From the NCBI GenBank assembly GCA_022508445.1, contig JAFLVG010000007.1, forward strand, positions 1,457-65,456: DNA of 64,000 nucleotides. The letters are read 5' to 3'. Position 1 is the first letter of the stretch, and every line of letters starts with the position of its first letter. The position numbers and the translations under genes were made by a program. Positions 9,440 to 18,608 of the stretch are shown in pieces. The notes under the pieces are model-generated. The model did not search any database and was not told the origin of the DNA. It saw only the letters and a program-made list of their open reading frames with translations. Source of the stretch: Clostridiales bacterium (lineage in GTDB: Bacteria; Bacillota; Clostridia; Christensenellales; Pumilibacteraceae).

Positions 9440-10672
9440 ATGATAAACGTACCAAAAGGCACAAAGGACATGCTTCCGCTCGAATCGCACAAGTGGCAAA
9501 AGGTGGAAGCGGCGGCAAAAAAGATAACGGCGCTTTACAACGTCAAGCAGATACGCACGCCTGTTTTCGAGCATGCGGAGCTGTTTTTGCGCTCTATCGG
9601 CGACAGCACGGACATAGTCAATAAAGAGATGTATATTTTCGAGGATAAGGGCGGACGTAAAATGGCGCTTCGCCCCGAAGGCACGGCAGGCGTCGTGCGC
9701 TCGGTACTCGAAAACAATCTTTGCGAAACGTTGCCGCAAAAGCTGTTCTACATCGAAAGTGTGTATCGCTACGAACAGCCGCAAGCCGGAAGATACCGCG
9801 AACATCATCAATTCGGCGCAGAATTTTTCGGTAGCGAATTGCCGTGCTTCGAGGTCGAGCTTCTTTGTATGGCTCGCGACTTTTTGCGCGAAATCGGTTT
9901 CAACGATCTTCGCTTGCGCATAAATACTATCGGCTGTGACAAGTGTAGGGCAGATTTTAACGCCGCGTTAAGGAGCTTCCTTGCGGACGTTAACGATAAA
10001 ATTTGCGGCGACTGCAAACGCAGAGCCGGTGTCAATCCGCTACGCACGCTCGACTGTAAAGTCCCGTCCTGCCAAGAGGTGTATAAGTCTGCGCCCAAAA
10101 TTTCCGACTATCTTTGCGACGATTGCAAAGCCCACCACAAAGAGGTGTTACAAGGGCTTGACGAGGCAGGAATCGCGTATTTCGAGGATAAAAATCTCGT
10201 TCGCGGTCTTGACTATTATACGCGCACGGTGTTTGAATTTTGCGACGGCGATCTTGCCGTACTCGGCGGCGGACGGTACGATAATCTCTGCGAACAGCTC
10301 GGCGGAAAGCACATTCCGTGCGTAGGGTTCGGTTGCGGAATCGAGCGACTCATCGCCGCGGCGGAGTCGCGCGGTATAAATTTCGAAACCGCCGCGCCCA
10401 AGGTGTTTGTCGCGGCACAGTGCGACGCTTGCCGTCCGACGTGCGAAAAAATAGTGCGCTCGCTTCGCGATATAGGCGTGTCCGCCGAATGCGATCTCAT
10501 GCGGCGCAGTTTAAAAGCGCAGTTCAAGCACGCCGACCGCAACGGCTTCGAATATGTTTTGACAGTGGGCGAAACAGAACTGCAAACAGGCAAATACAAC
10601 GTTAAAAACATGAAAAGCGGCGAGGTGACAGCTGTCGATATGGACAGCATATCACTGCTCAAAGACCTTTAA
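9440..10672 (+). CDS. hisS: Histidine-tRNA ligase
   Basis: Class II motifs: GTKDMLP, MYIFEDKGGRKMALRPEGTAGVVR, YYTRTVFE, GGGRYD. Starts 3 nt after the hslU stop. Confidence 0.9.
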   Translation: MINVPKGTKDMLPLESHKWQKVEAAAKKITALYNVKQIRTPVFEHAELFLRSIGDSTDIVNKEMYIFEDKGGRKMALRPEGTAGVVRSVLENNLCETLPQKLFYIESVYRYEQPQAGRYREHHQFGAEFFGSELPCFEVELLCMARDFLREIGFNDLRLRINTIGCDKCRADFNAALRSFLADVNDKICGDCKRRAGVNPLRTLDCKVPSCQEVYKSAPKISDYLCDDCKAHHKEVLQGLDEAGIAYFEDKNLVRGLDYYTRTVFEFCDGDLAVLGGGRYDNLCEQLGGKHIPCVGFGCGIERLIAAAESRGINFETAAPKVFVAAQCDACRPTCEKIVRSLRDIGVSAECDLMRRSLKAQFKHADRNGFEYVLTVGETELQTGKYNVKNMKSGEVTAVDMDSISLLKDL

Positions 10673-10678
10673 GCGCGC

Positions 10679-11146
10679 ATGGTCGAAATTGGCAAGGTAA
10701 AGCGAATCAAGCACGGCGTGGCGTATGTGGAGATAGCGCGTAACGAAAAATGCGGTAGTTGTAAGCTGTGCGCATTCGGCACAAGGGATTCGATAGTAAT
10801 GCCGACTATCGCCGGCGAGAAAACGTCGGTAGGTCAGACGGTCGCGGTGGAAATGCCCGTTAAACCTGTCGGCAGTACGGCTCTTTTGATTTACGCCTTG
10901 CCGCTTTTGTTTCTCATCGTAGGCGCGCTTATCGGGCTTGTGGGCGAATGGTGGCTTCAAATCACGCTTGCCGCAGTAGGACTAATTATCGGATTTGCCG
11001 CAGTGATACCGATAGAGCGATATTACAGAAGAAAATCGGGCGCATTGCCAAAGATTATAGAAGCGACTAACGAGAATAACGACAGTGAACTCAGTACGGA
11101 CGTATTAACTGTAACGGAGAATAATAATGGAACTCGAATTGATTGA
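10679..11146 (+). CDS. RseC/MucC-family (SoxR-reducing system) small membrane protein
   Basis: N-terminal beta region with CGSCKLC, followed by two TM helices. This is the typical RseC-family architecture. Overlaps the glyA start by 20 nt. Confidence 0.6.
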   Translation: MVEIGKVKRIKHGVAYVEIARNEKCGSCKLCAFGTRDSIVMPTIAGEKTSVGQTVAVEMPVKPVGSTALLIYALPLLFLIVGALIGLVGEWWLQITLAAVGLIIGFAAVIPIERYYRRKSGALPKIIEATNENNDSELSTDVLTVTENNNGTRID

Positions 11147-12359
11147 AAGAACAGATCCGGAAGTTGCGGCCAGCATGAAAAGAGAGCTTGCCCGTCAGCG
11201 CAACAAGATTGAGCTTATAGCGAGCGAGAACTTTGTATCGCCGGCAGTAATGGCGGCGGCAGGCTCGCACCTTACCAATAAATACGCGGAAGGGTATTCG
11301 GGCAAGCGTTATTACGGCGGTTGCGAATATATCGACGAAATAGAAACGCTCGCAATCGAGCGTGCGAAAAAGCTGTTCGGCGCGGAGCATGCAAACGTTC
11401 AGCCGCATTGCGGCGCGAACGCAAATCATGCGGTGTTCTATGCGGTACTCAATCCGGGCGACACATATCTCGGCATGGATCTTGCTCACGGCGGGCATTT
11501 GACGCACGGCTCGAAGGTCAATTATTCGGGCAGATATTACAATGTCATACCTTACGGGGTGGACGAAAAGACCGAAACGATAGACTACGATGCAGTGGAG
11601 CGGCTTGCAAAAGAGCATAAGCCCAAGTTGATACTTGCAGGTGCTTCGGCATATCCGCGCATTATAGACTTTACGCGCTTCCGCGAGATAGCCGACACGG
11701 TAGGCGCGGTGTTCATGGTCGATATGGCGCACATAGCGGGGCTTGTCGCCGCAGGGCTGCATCCCAATCCCGTCGAATACGCCGATATAGTCACAACAAC
11801 CACGCATAAAACCCTTCGCGGTCCGCGCGGCGGCATGATCCTTTGCAAAGAACAGTACGCGAAGTCAATCGATAAAGCTATTTTCCCGGGCACGCAAGGC
11901 GGTCCGCTCGAACATATAATCGCGGCAAAAGCGGTCGCACTCAAAGAAGCCGCGACAGTCGAATTCAAGCAATATCAAGCGCAGGTAGTAAAGAACGCGG
12001 CGGCGCTCGCGGCACGGCTTACCGAACGCGGTATTAGCCTCGTTTCGGGCGGCACCGATAATCACTTGATGCTTGTAAAGCTCGAAAACGGCATGACGGG
12101 TAAAGAGCTTGAAACCTTGCTCGACGAAAGCAATATCACGGTTAACAAAAATGCCGTACCTTTTGACAAAATGCCGCCGTCCAAAACGTCGGGTATTCGC
12201 GTAGGTACGCCTGCTGTCACTTCGCGCGGTATGAAAGAAGCGCAAATGCGCATTATAGCGGACTGCATTGCAGACGCCGTACAAAAAGGCGACAGCGCAA
12301 AATCGGAGATATTGGCCCGTGTCAAAAAGCTCACGACCGAATTCCCGTTATACGATTAA
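11127..12359 (+). CDS. glyA: Serine hydroxymethyltransferase
   Basis: [21 protein letters not shown]-lysine motif [14 protein letters not shown]. Confidence 0.97.
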   Translation: MELELIERTDPEVAASMKRELARQRNKIELIASENFVSPAVMAAAGSHLTNKYAEGYSGKRYYGGCEYIDEIETLAIERAKKLFGAEHANVQPHCGANANHAVFYAVLNPGDTYLGMDLAHGGHLTHGSKVNYSGRYYNVIPYGVDEKTETIDYDAVERLAKEHKPKLILAGASAYPRIIDFTRFREIADTVGAVFMVDMAHIAGLVAAGLHPNPVEYADIVTTTTHKTLRGPRGGMILCKEQYAKSIDKAIFPGTQGGPLEHIIAAKAVALKEAATVEFKQYQAQVVKNAAALAARLTERGISLVSGGTDNHLMLVKLENGMTGKELETLLDESNITVNKNAVPFDKMPPSKTSGIRVGTPAVTSRGMKEAQMRIIADCIADAVQKGDSAKSEILARVKKLTTEFPLYD

Positions 12360-12438
12360 ACCGTCATATAATATATTTACTCGGCGCAAGCATTTGCGTT
12401 ATTCAAGAATTTACGAGAAAACTACAAAGGAGAGCGAC

Positions 12439-12864
12439 ATGCGGTTATCGACAAGAGCGACATACGGAATGAGATTGTGCTTTATGCTTGCGCTGGCCTC
12501 TTCGCCGCTGTCGGCGGCACAACTTGTAAAGCAGACCGATGTAGGAATCAAATACCTCGAACAGCTTTTGGCAATGCTCAAACGCGGCGAAATAGTAAAA
12601 TCGTACAGGGGCAAGAGCGGCGGATATATCCTCGCTCGCGATCCCAAGAGCATCACCGTTGGCGATATGTTAGTGGCGTTGGACGATGGATTCGACGCAC
12701 CCGAATGCGTGTGGGGCAATTGTAACGATATTTATTGTCCAAACCGCAATGTGCTCAGTAAACTCAATGACGGAATCAACAAAGTTCTCGCAAGTGTAAC
12801 GCTTTACGACATGGTCAATGATTATCGAAACAATTGTGAGATCGCGGACAGAGAACAAGCATGA
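12439..12864 (+). CDS. Rrf2-family transcriptional regulator (IscR/CymR-like)
   Basis: ATG 6 nt after AAAGGAGAG. MRLSTRATYGMR winged-helix N-terminus. C-terminal Cys cluster CVWGNCNDIYC. Immediately upstream of a cysteine desulfurase. Confidence 0.8.
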   Translation: MRLSTRATYGMRLCFMLALASSPLSAAQLVKQTDVGIKYLEQLLAMLKRGEIVKSYRGKSGGYILARDPKSITVGDMLVALDDGFDAPECVWGNCNDIYCPNRNVLSKLNDGINKVLASVTLYDMVNDYRNNCEIADREQA

Positions 12865-13973
12865 AAACCCCGATATATTTGGACTATGCCGCAACGACTC
12901 CCGTGGACAAAGAAGTTTTGTCGGCGGCATTGCCGTTTTATACACAAAGCTTTTATAATCCGTCATCAAGTCATGCGCTGGGGCAAAAAGCCGCGGCAGC
13001 AGTCGATTTTGCACGCGAGAAATGCGCCGCCGCAATAAACGCAAGCCCGAGTGAAATATATTTTACTTCGGGCGGAACGGAAGCGATAAACTGGGCGATG
13101 TCAGGCCTTCCGCATAACAAAAAACACGTCGTTGTTTCTGCGATAGAACACGACGCGGTTATGGCATGTGCAAAAAGATTTACAGAAAATGGATGCGACG
13201 TGGATTTTGTTAAACCCGATGAGCATGGAATAATTCGCGCGGACGCGCTTAAAAGTGTACTTCGCGAGAGTACGGGGCTTGTCTGCGTGATGACTGTCAA
13301 TAATATCGTAGGAAGCATTCAGCCGATAAAGGAGCTTGCCCTTGCGGCGCACGAAGTCGGCGCTCTGTTTTTCACAGACGCAGTCCAAGCCGTAAACTCG
13401 ATAGATATAGATGCCAAATATACGGACGTGGATATGCTCGCCGTTTCGGGGCATAAGTTTTACGCACCCAAAGGGATCGGGCTATTGTATGTAAAACGCG
13501 GATTGTCCGTAAAGCCGTTTATGGTCGGCGGCGAGCAAGAGCGGGGGATGCGCGCAGGGACGGTTGACGTTCCGTCCGTCGTGGCAATGGGCGTCGCTAT
13601 CGAAATGGCGCAGAAAAACGTGCAAGAGTACAATGCACACGCAAGCGAAGTTGCGAATGCGTTTACGAGCTTGTTAAAGTTCGGTAATGTCGTGCAATGT
13701 GAAAACAAAACAGCCGATATAATATCGATTGTTTTCGACGGCGTGAACGGCGGACGGCTTGCAATCGCACTCTCGTGTTCCGGAGTATGCTGTTCGGTAG
13801 GCTCCGCGTGTTCGGCCGGATCGGCAACTCCTCCGCAGACGCTAATAGAAATGGGCGTAAAAAATGCTGATTGCGCGGTGCGGTTCTCGTTTGGCAAAAA
13901 TACGACTGTGACGAGCGCAAAAACGGCGGCACAAATAGTAAATACCACCGTAAAACGCCTAATGCGAGTTTAG
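12861..13973 (+). CDS. Cysteine desulfurase (NifS/IscS class)
   Basis: PLP-lysine region SGHKFYAPKGIG. Active-site Cys loop SVGSACSAGS. ATGA overlap with the Rrf2 gene. Confidence 0.9.
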   Translation: MKTPIYLDYAATTPVDKEVLSAALPFYTQSFYNPSSSHALGQKAAAAVDFAREKCAAAINASPSEIYFTSGGTEAINWAMSGLPHNKKHVVVSAIEHDAVMACAKRFTENGCDVDFVKPDEHGIIRADALKSVLRESTGLVCVMTVNNIVGSIQPIKELALAAHEVGALFFTDAVQAVNSIDIDAKYTDVDMLAVSGHKFYAPKGIGLLYVKRGLSVKPFMVGGEQERGMRAGTVDVPSVVAMGVAIEMAQKNVQEYNAHASEVANAFTSLLKFGNVVQCENKTADIISIVFDGVNGGRLAIALSCSGVCCSVGSACSAGSATPPQTLIEMGVKNADCAVRFSFGKNTTVTSAKTAAQIVNTTVKRLMRV

Positions 13974-14005
13974 ATAACGGACGGCAATATAGCCGCATGG
14001 TGAAT

Positions 14006-14134
14006 TCATTTATCGGATAATTTTTCTTGCGCCGCTTTGAGCGCCTTTTCGGGAACTTTGGAATTTTCCATTTTTTTAAGTGCCACGGCACCGGCAAGCG
14101 CGCCGAGAGTGAAACTGAATAAAAGACTTTTCAT
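14006..14134 (-). CDS. Small hypothetical protein, 42 aa, with a hydrophobic N-terminus and charged C-terminal helix (below the ORF-track cutoff)
   Basis: Minus-strand ATG 14134 lies 6 nt after GCGGAGG. Translation is MKSLLFSFTLGALAGAVALKKMENSKVPEKALKAAQEKLSDK, stop at 14006-14008. Lies in an otherwise empty 320-nt gap. Confidence 0.5.
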   Translation of the reverse strand: MKSLLFSFTLGALAGAVALKKMENSKVPEKALKAAQEKLSDK

Positions 14135-14278
14135 AATGACCTCCGCATATATTATGCAGTCAAACACAATGTAATATTCATTTGGGCTTGCGCGCCGAAT
14201 GAAAAGATTATCTGATGAAAATATCGATAAAAATTTTTTAAAAAATTTGAAAAAAGACTATCGCAAGGTCGATTATTA

Positions 14279-14287
14279 TGGTATACT
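14279..14287 (+). promoter_or_regulatory. Extended -10 (TGgTATACT) ending 6 nt before the ruvX GTG
   Basis: Read directly. The -35 (TATCGC) is weak. Confidence 0.45.
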
Positions 14288-14293
14288 ATACCG

Positions 14294-14725
14294 GTGGAAA
14301 GCGGAAAAAAGATTTTGGGCGTAGATTTCGGACTTAAACGCGTCGGGCTTGCGGTGTGCGACAGCTTGCATATTCTCGCTACGCCGCTTTCGGTCTACCG
14401 CACCAAATCGATGCGCGATTCCATAGACCACGTTGCGCGCGTCGCTGTCGAGCAGGACGTCGGCGCAATAGTCGTGGGGCTTCCGCTCAATCTAGACGGA
14501 TCGGAGTCTGTGCAGACGGGTAGAGCGCGCGCTTTTGCGCGAAATATCGAAAAGGTCACGGGGCTTCCGACCGAGCTGTTCGACGAACGGTTATCGACGG
14601 TGGAGGCGGACGAACTGCTTATCGACGCCGGAGTTAAAAGCGCGGCGGCACGAGCAAATCTTGTAGACAGTATGGCGGCGAAAGTGATTTTGCAAGGCTA
14701 TATAGAAAAAACAAATCGACAGTAG
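14294..14725 (+). CDS. ruvX: Holliday-junction-resolvase-like / pre-16S rRNA nuclease RuvX (YqgF)
   Basis: ILGVDFGLKRVGLAV RNase H-like N-terminus. DERLSTVEA. ruvX-DUF1292 synteny as in Bacillus yrrK-yrzB. GTG start. Confidence 0.85.
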   Translation: MESGKKILGVDFGLKRVGLAVCDSLHILATPLSVYRTKSMRDSIDHVARVAVEQDVGAIVVGLPLNLDGSESVQTGRARAFARNIEKVTGLPTELFDERLSTVEADELLIDAGVKSAAARANLVDSMAAKVILQGYIEKTNRQ

Positions 14726-14735
14726 GAGATTTATC

Positions 14736-15110
14736 ATGGCAGAACATCAAGACGAAAATGTAGAGCTTATCGACGAAGAAGTCATCACGCTTTACGACGA
14801 CAACAATAATGCGGTAGACTTCAACGAGGTCGCGGTGGTTGAATACGAAGGCGAGTTTTACGCTCTGTTGCAGCCCGTAGAGCCTATGGAAGGTCTCGGA
14901 GAGGACGAGGCGATTATATTCAAAGTCGTTCAAAAGGATGACGAAACCGACGAGTTTGAGCCCGTTACGGACGAAAGCGTGCTTGACGCGGTGTTCAACG
15001 AGTATCTCAAAGCGGAAGCCGAGTTCATGGACGAGTGCGACTGCGACGAGTGCGGACACGATCACGACGGTTGCGGTTGCGATTGCGGTTGCGAGCACGA
15101 GCATAAATAA
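14736..15110 (+). CDS. DUF1292 (YrzB-like) protein with an unusual Cys/His/Asp-rich C-terminal tail
   Basis: SD AGGAG. ITLYDDNNNAVDFNEVAVVEYEGEFYALLQPVE is a typical DUF1292 core. The tail is DECDCDECGHDHDGCGCDCGCEHEHK. Confidence 0.75.
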   Translation: MAEHQDENVELIDEEVITLYDDNNNAVDFNEVAVVEYEGEFYALLQPVEPMEGLGEDEAIIFKVVQKDDETDEFEPVTDESVLDAVFNEYLKAEAEFMDECDCDECGHDHDGCGCDCGCEHEHK

Positions 15111-15268
15111 GCTTTTGAAGTCGCACCGATATATTTTGCACTAATATATCGATAGAACGGCGTTAGGGCAATATTATCGCAACACATTTATTTGGGTAAA
15201 AGGCAAAACAAGCCGCCACGGCAAACTCTGAGGCGGATAAAAAATTAAAGAAAACACCCGAAAAATAT

Positions 15269-15297
15269 TTGCGTTAAGATAAACTCTATGATATAAT
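15269..15297 (+). promoter_or_regulatory. Sigma-A-type promoter for rpsB-tsf
   Basis: TTGCGT, 17-nt spacer with TGa, then TATAAT. Leaves a leader of about 80 nt before the SD. Confidence 0.65.
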
Positions 15298-15384
15298 ATC
15301 GGTGAATACTCACTCGGTTGTTTTTCTGTGCGCAGTCAAATTTTTGAGGGCTGTGTGTAAACCGAGGCGGTAAACGGAGAAGTT

Positions 15385-16236
15385 ATGGCAAACATAATCA
15401 CGATGAAACAGCTTTTGGAAGCGGGCGTTCATTTCGGTCATCCCACGCGCAAGTGGAATCCCAAAATGAAAAAGTATATATATGTCGCGCGTAACGACAT
15501 ATATATCATCAACCTCGAAAAGACGGTGGAGATGATTGACAAGGCGTATGCTTTTGTCAAGGATGTCGCCGCAGAGGGCAAGTCGATACTTTTTGTCGGC
15601 ACTAAAAAACAAGCGCAGGAAGCGATTATGCAGGAAGCGCAAAAGTGCGGCATGTACTACGTTAAGTCGCGTTGGCTTGGTGGCACGCTCACCAATTTCC
15701 AAACGATGAAATCTCGTATCGAGCGTCTTAACAAACTCAACTTAATGGAAAAAATGAACGAGTTTGCGTTGCTCCCCAAAAAGGAAGTGCTCAAACTCAA
15801 AGCCGAGCGCGACAAGCTTGAAGACAACCTCGGCGGTATAAAAGATATGAGAACGCTCCCCGGCGCATTGTTCGTGGTCGATCCCAAGAAAGAACACAAC
15901 GCTATCATGGAAGCGCGAAAACTTCACATTCCAATCGTCGCGATTGTCGATACAAACTGCGATCCCGACGAAGTCGATTACGTTATTCCCGGTAACGACG
16001 ACGCTATCCGTGCGATCAAGCTCATCGCCGGCGCAATGGCGGACGCCGTCATCGAGGCGCGCGAGGGCGAGGAAGGCTTGGCGGCACGCCGCGCGGTAGA
16101 GGCGCAAATGCAAGCGGAAGCCGAAGCCGCGGCAAAAGCAAACGTCGAAGTAGTGGAAGAGCCCGCTACGCAAGAACAGCTCGACAAGCTTGCAAACGGC
16201 GCGGAAGAAGCGGCGAGCGAGCAGGCCGAAGAGTAA
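15385..16236 (+). CDS. rpsB: 30S ribosomal protein S2
   Basis: [13 protein letters not shown], and [12 protein letters not shown]. Acidic Ala/Glu-rich C-terminal extension. Confidence 0.97.
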   Translation: MANIITMKQLLEAGVHFGHPTRKWNPKMKKYIYVARNDIYIINLEKTVEMIDKAYAFVKDVAAEGKSILFVGTKKQAQEAIMQEAQKCGMYYVKSRWLGGTLTNFQTMKSRIERLNKLNLMEKMNEFALLPKKEVLKLKAERDKLEDNLGGIKDMRTLPGALFVVDPKKEHNAIMEARKLHIPIVAIVDTNCDPDEVDYVIPGNDDAIRAIKLIAGAMADAVIEAREGEEGLAARRAVEAQMQAEAEAAAKANVEVVEEPATQEQLDKLANGAEEAASEQAEE

Positions 16237-16333
16237 TAATCCGATTTATCGGTGCAATAAAGAAATTAACGGTTTTAGGCACAGCCAAAACCAAAACAAC
16301 AATATACAATTAAATATCAGGAGTAGTAATACT

Positions 16334-17272
16334 ATGGAAATTACAGCAAGTGACGTTGCAAAATTGCGTGAAATCACCGGCGTCGGTCTTATGGCGTGCA
16401 AAAAGGCGCTTGTAGCAACCGACGGTGATATAGATAAAGCGTGCGAATATCTTCGCGAGCAAGGCATGTCTATCGTCGCCAAAAAGGCGTCGAGAATAGC
16501 CGCGGAAGGCGCGGCGTGGGCGTGCATTTCGGCAGACAAGCACACCGGTGCACTAGTCGAGGTCAACTGCGAATCGGACTTCGTTGCAAAGAGCGACGTA
16601 TTTGTAAAGCTTTGCGAAGACGTTGCGAAAGCGGCTGTCGAAAGCGGCAAAGAGGATGTCGAAGAGCTTAAAGCCGTCAAGACGAAAGAAGGCACAATCG
16701 AAGAGCTTATCACTGCGGCTACCTCGAAAACAGGCGAAAAGATTTCGCTCCGTAGAGCAGTTGTTCAAAAGAATGCGGGCGCTATCGAAGAGGCGTATAT
16801 CCACATGGGTGGGAAAATGGGTACACTTGTCGAGGTTTCGGCAGAGGGCGTTACCGACGCAAACACCGCGGATATCGTCGCTATGGCGCATGACGTAGCA
16901 ATGCATATCGCGGCATTCCAGCCGCCTTACGTTCGCAAGAGCGACGTTCCCGAGTCCGCTGTCGAGCATGAGCGCGAAATAATCAAGCAACAGCTTATGA
17001 ACGACGAGAAGAACAAAAATAAGCCCGAGCAGGTGTTGGCAAAGATTGCGGAGAACAAGCTCGGCAAATTCTTCGAAGAGAATTGCCTTTTGTATCAGGC
17101 TTTTGCAAAAGATCCGTCAATCACGGTCGAACAGCTTGTTGCGGCAACCGCCAAAAAGACGGGCGCAAAGCTTGACGTTGTGCGATTCAGCAAGTTTGTC
17201 ATGGGTGAAGGCATTGAGAAGCGCACCGACAACCTTGCCGAAGAGGTAGCAAAACTTTCCGGCAATAAATAG
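16334..17272 (+). CDS. tsf: Elongation factor Ts
   Basis: ATG 9 nt after AGGAG. UBA-like region [24 protein letters not shown]. The track start at 16190 overlaps rpsB and has no SD. Confidence 0.95.
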   Translation: MEITASDVAKLREITGVGLMACKKALVATDGDIDKACEYLREQGMSIVAKKASRIAAEGAAWACISADKHTGALVEVNCESDFVAKSDVFVKLCEDVAKAAVESGKEDVEELKAVKTKEGTIEELITAATSKTGEKISLRRAVVQKNAGAIEEAYIHMGGKMGTLVEVSAEGVTDANTADIVAMAHDVAMHIAAFQPPYVRKSDVPESAVEHEREIIKQQLMNDEKNKNKPEQVLAKIAENKLGKFFEENCLLYQAFAKDPSITVEQLVAATAKKTGAKLDVVRFSKFVMGEGIEKRTDNLAEEVAKLSGNK

Positions 17273-17282
17273 TGTAGGTAGG

Positions 17283-17314
17283 TCGGCTTATCGATTTTTC
17301 GGTAAGCCGATTTT
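17283..17314 (+). terminator. Intrinsic terminator/attenuator between tsf and pyrH
   Basis: 12-bp stem TCGGCTTATCGA / TCGGTAAGCCGA with one G-U pair, a T-rich loop, then TTTT. Confidence 0.65.
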
Positions 17315-17333
17315 AAAGTGTAAGGAGAACGGC

Positions 17334-18029
17334 ATGTACAAGAGAGTCTTGTTAAAGTTGAGCGGCGAGGCGCTTGCGGGCGAGAGCGGAACTGGTATCG
17401 ATCCTGCCACCGTAGACAGCGTCGTTTGTCAGCTCGTCGAGCTTGCCAAAAGCGGCGTGCAAATAGCGATAGTAGTCGGCGGAGGTAATTTCTGGCGCGG
17501 TCGTCAAGGCGTAGCAATGGATAAAGTCACGGCAGACCACATGGGCATGCTTGCGACCATCATGAACGCGCTTGCGCTTCAAGACGCGATTGAAAAGAAA
17601 GGAGTACCAACGCGCGTTCAAACGGCACTGTCCATTCCCGCCGTCGCGGAGCCTTTTATACTTCGAAAGGCGTTACGGCATTTCGAGTGCGGTCGCATAG
17701 TAATTTTTGCATGCGGCACTGGCAATCCGTATTTTACCACCGATTCGGGCGCGGCGCTACGGGCAGCGGAGATAAAGGCGGACGTGCTACTCATGGCGAA
17801 GAACGTAGACGGCGTTTACGATTGCGATCCCAAGACCAACAAGAACGCAAAAAAATTCAGCGAGCTTACTTACATGGACGTAATAAACAAGAACATAGCG
17901 GTCATGGACTTCACGTCGGTCACAATGTGCATGGAAAACAATATTCCGATTGTGGCGTTCGGGCTGGCTGATAAAAACAGTATAATACGCGCGGTGTCGG
18001 GCGAAACTATCGGCACCATTATTCACTAA
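17334..18029 (+). CDS. pyrH: UMP kinase
   Basis: [13 protein letters not shown] and [10 protein letters not shown]. Confidence 0.95.
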   Translation: MYKRVLLKLSGEALAGESGTGIDPATVDSVVCQLVELAKSGVQIAIVVGGGNFWRGRQGVAMDKVTADHMGMLATIMNALALQDAIEKKGVPTRVQTALSIPAVAEPFILRKALRHFECGRIVIFACGTGNPYFTTDSGAALRAAEIKADVLLMAKNVDGVYDCDPKTNKNAKKFSELTYMDVINKNIAVMDFTSVTMCMENNIPIVAFGLADKNSIIRAVSGETIGTIIH

Positions 18030-18044
18030 TCGGAGGGGCGAATA

Positions 18045-18608
18045 ATGCAAAACGAACAACTCATCGAACAGTCGAATAAGATCGACGAAAAATTGAACAA
18101 GGTTATCGAACATCTCAAATCGGAGCTTAACGCCATGCGTGCAGGTCGAGCCAATCCGATTATTTTGAGCAAGGTAAACGTAGACTATTACGGCATGCAA
18201 ACGCCGCTCAATCAAATGGCGAATATTTCCGTCACAGACGCGCGCACGCTCACGGTTTCGCTCTACGACGTTTCTGCGCTCAAAGAGGCGAAAAAGGCAA
18301 TTATTGCCGCCGACCTCGGGCTTAATCCCGTAGACGACGGAAAAGTGATACGATTGACTTTCCCTCAACTCACCGAAGAACGCCGCCGCGACCTCATCAA
18401 GCAGGTAAAAAAGACGGGCGAAGACAGCAAGGTCGCGCTTCGCAACGAGCGCCGCGACGCACTCGACTTCGGCAAAAAGCTCAAAAAGGAAGTTTCCGAG
18501 GACGAGATCTCCGAGTTTGAAAAAGTCATTCAAAAGAAGTTGGACGGAGCTGTCGAAAAAGTAGACAAGCTCATTAAAGACAAGGAAGCCGACTTGCTTG
18601 AAATCTGA
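18045..18608 (+). CDS. frr: Ribosome recycling factor
   Basis: LNAMRAGRANP, LTEERRRDLIK, and synteny. Confidence 0.95.
   Translation: MQNEQLIEQSNKIDEKLNKVIEHLKSELNAMRAGRANPIILSKVNVDYYGMQTPLNQMANISVTDARTLTVSLYDVSALKEAKKAIIAADLGLNPVDDGKVIRLTFPQLTEERRRDLIKQVKKTGEDSKVALRNERRDALDFGKKLKKEVSEDEISEFEKVIQKKLDGAVEKVDKLIKDKEADLLEI

Noticed and set aside
12386-12402. Short hairpin CGCAA-GCAT-TTGCG after glyA as a terminator.
   Set aside because: The stem is only 5 bp and no proper T-run follows. Not reported.
12268-12438. N-terminal extensions proposed by the ORF track for several genes: Rrf2 12268, hslV 7527, hslU 8072, tsf 16190, nrnA 30482, ylxQ 27294, spoIIIAG 39600, asp23 40728, recN 47354, dac 51152, rpmI 60700.
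   Set aside because: In each case an internal ATG/GTG is preceded by a good SD at 5-10 nt and coincides with the start of family homology. The extensions overlap the upstream gene or promoter and encode non-conserved basic peptides.
13663-14097. 144-aa minus-strand ORF spanning the nifS 3' end and the intergenic gap.
   Set aside because: It is mostly antisense to nifS, has a basic low-complexity translation and no SD. In the gap it is in a different frame from the 42-codon ORF, which has a strong SD.
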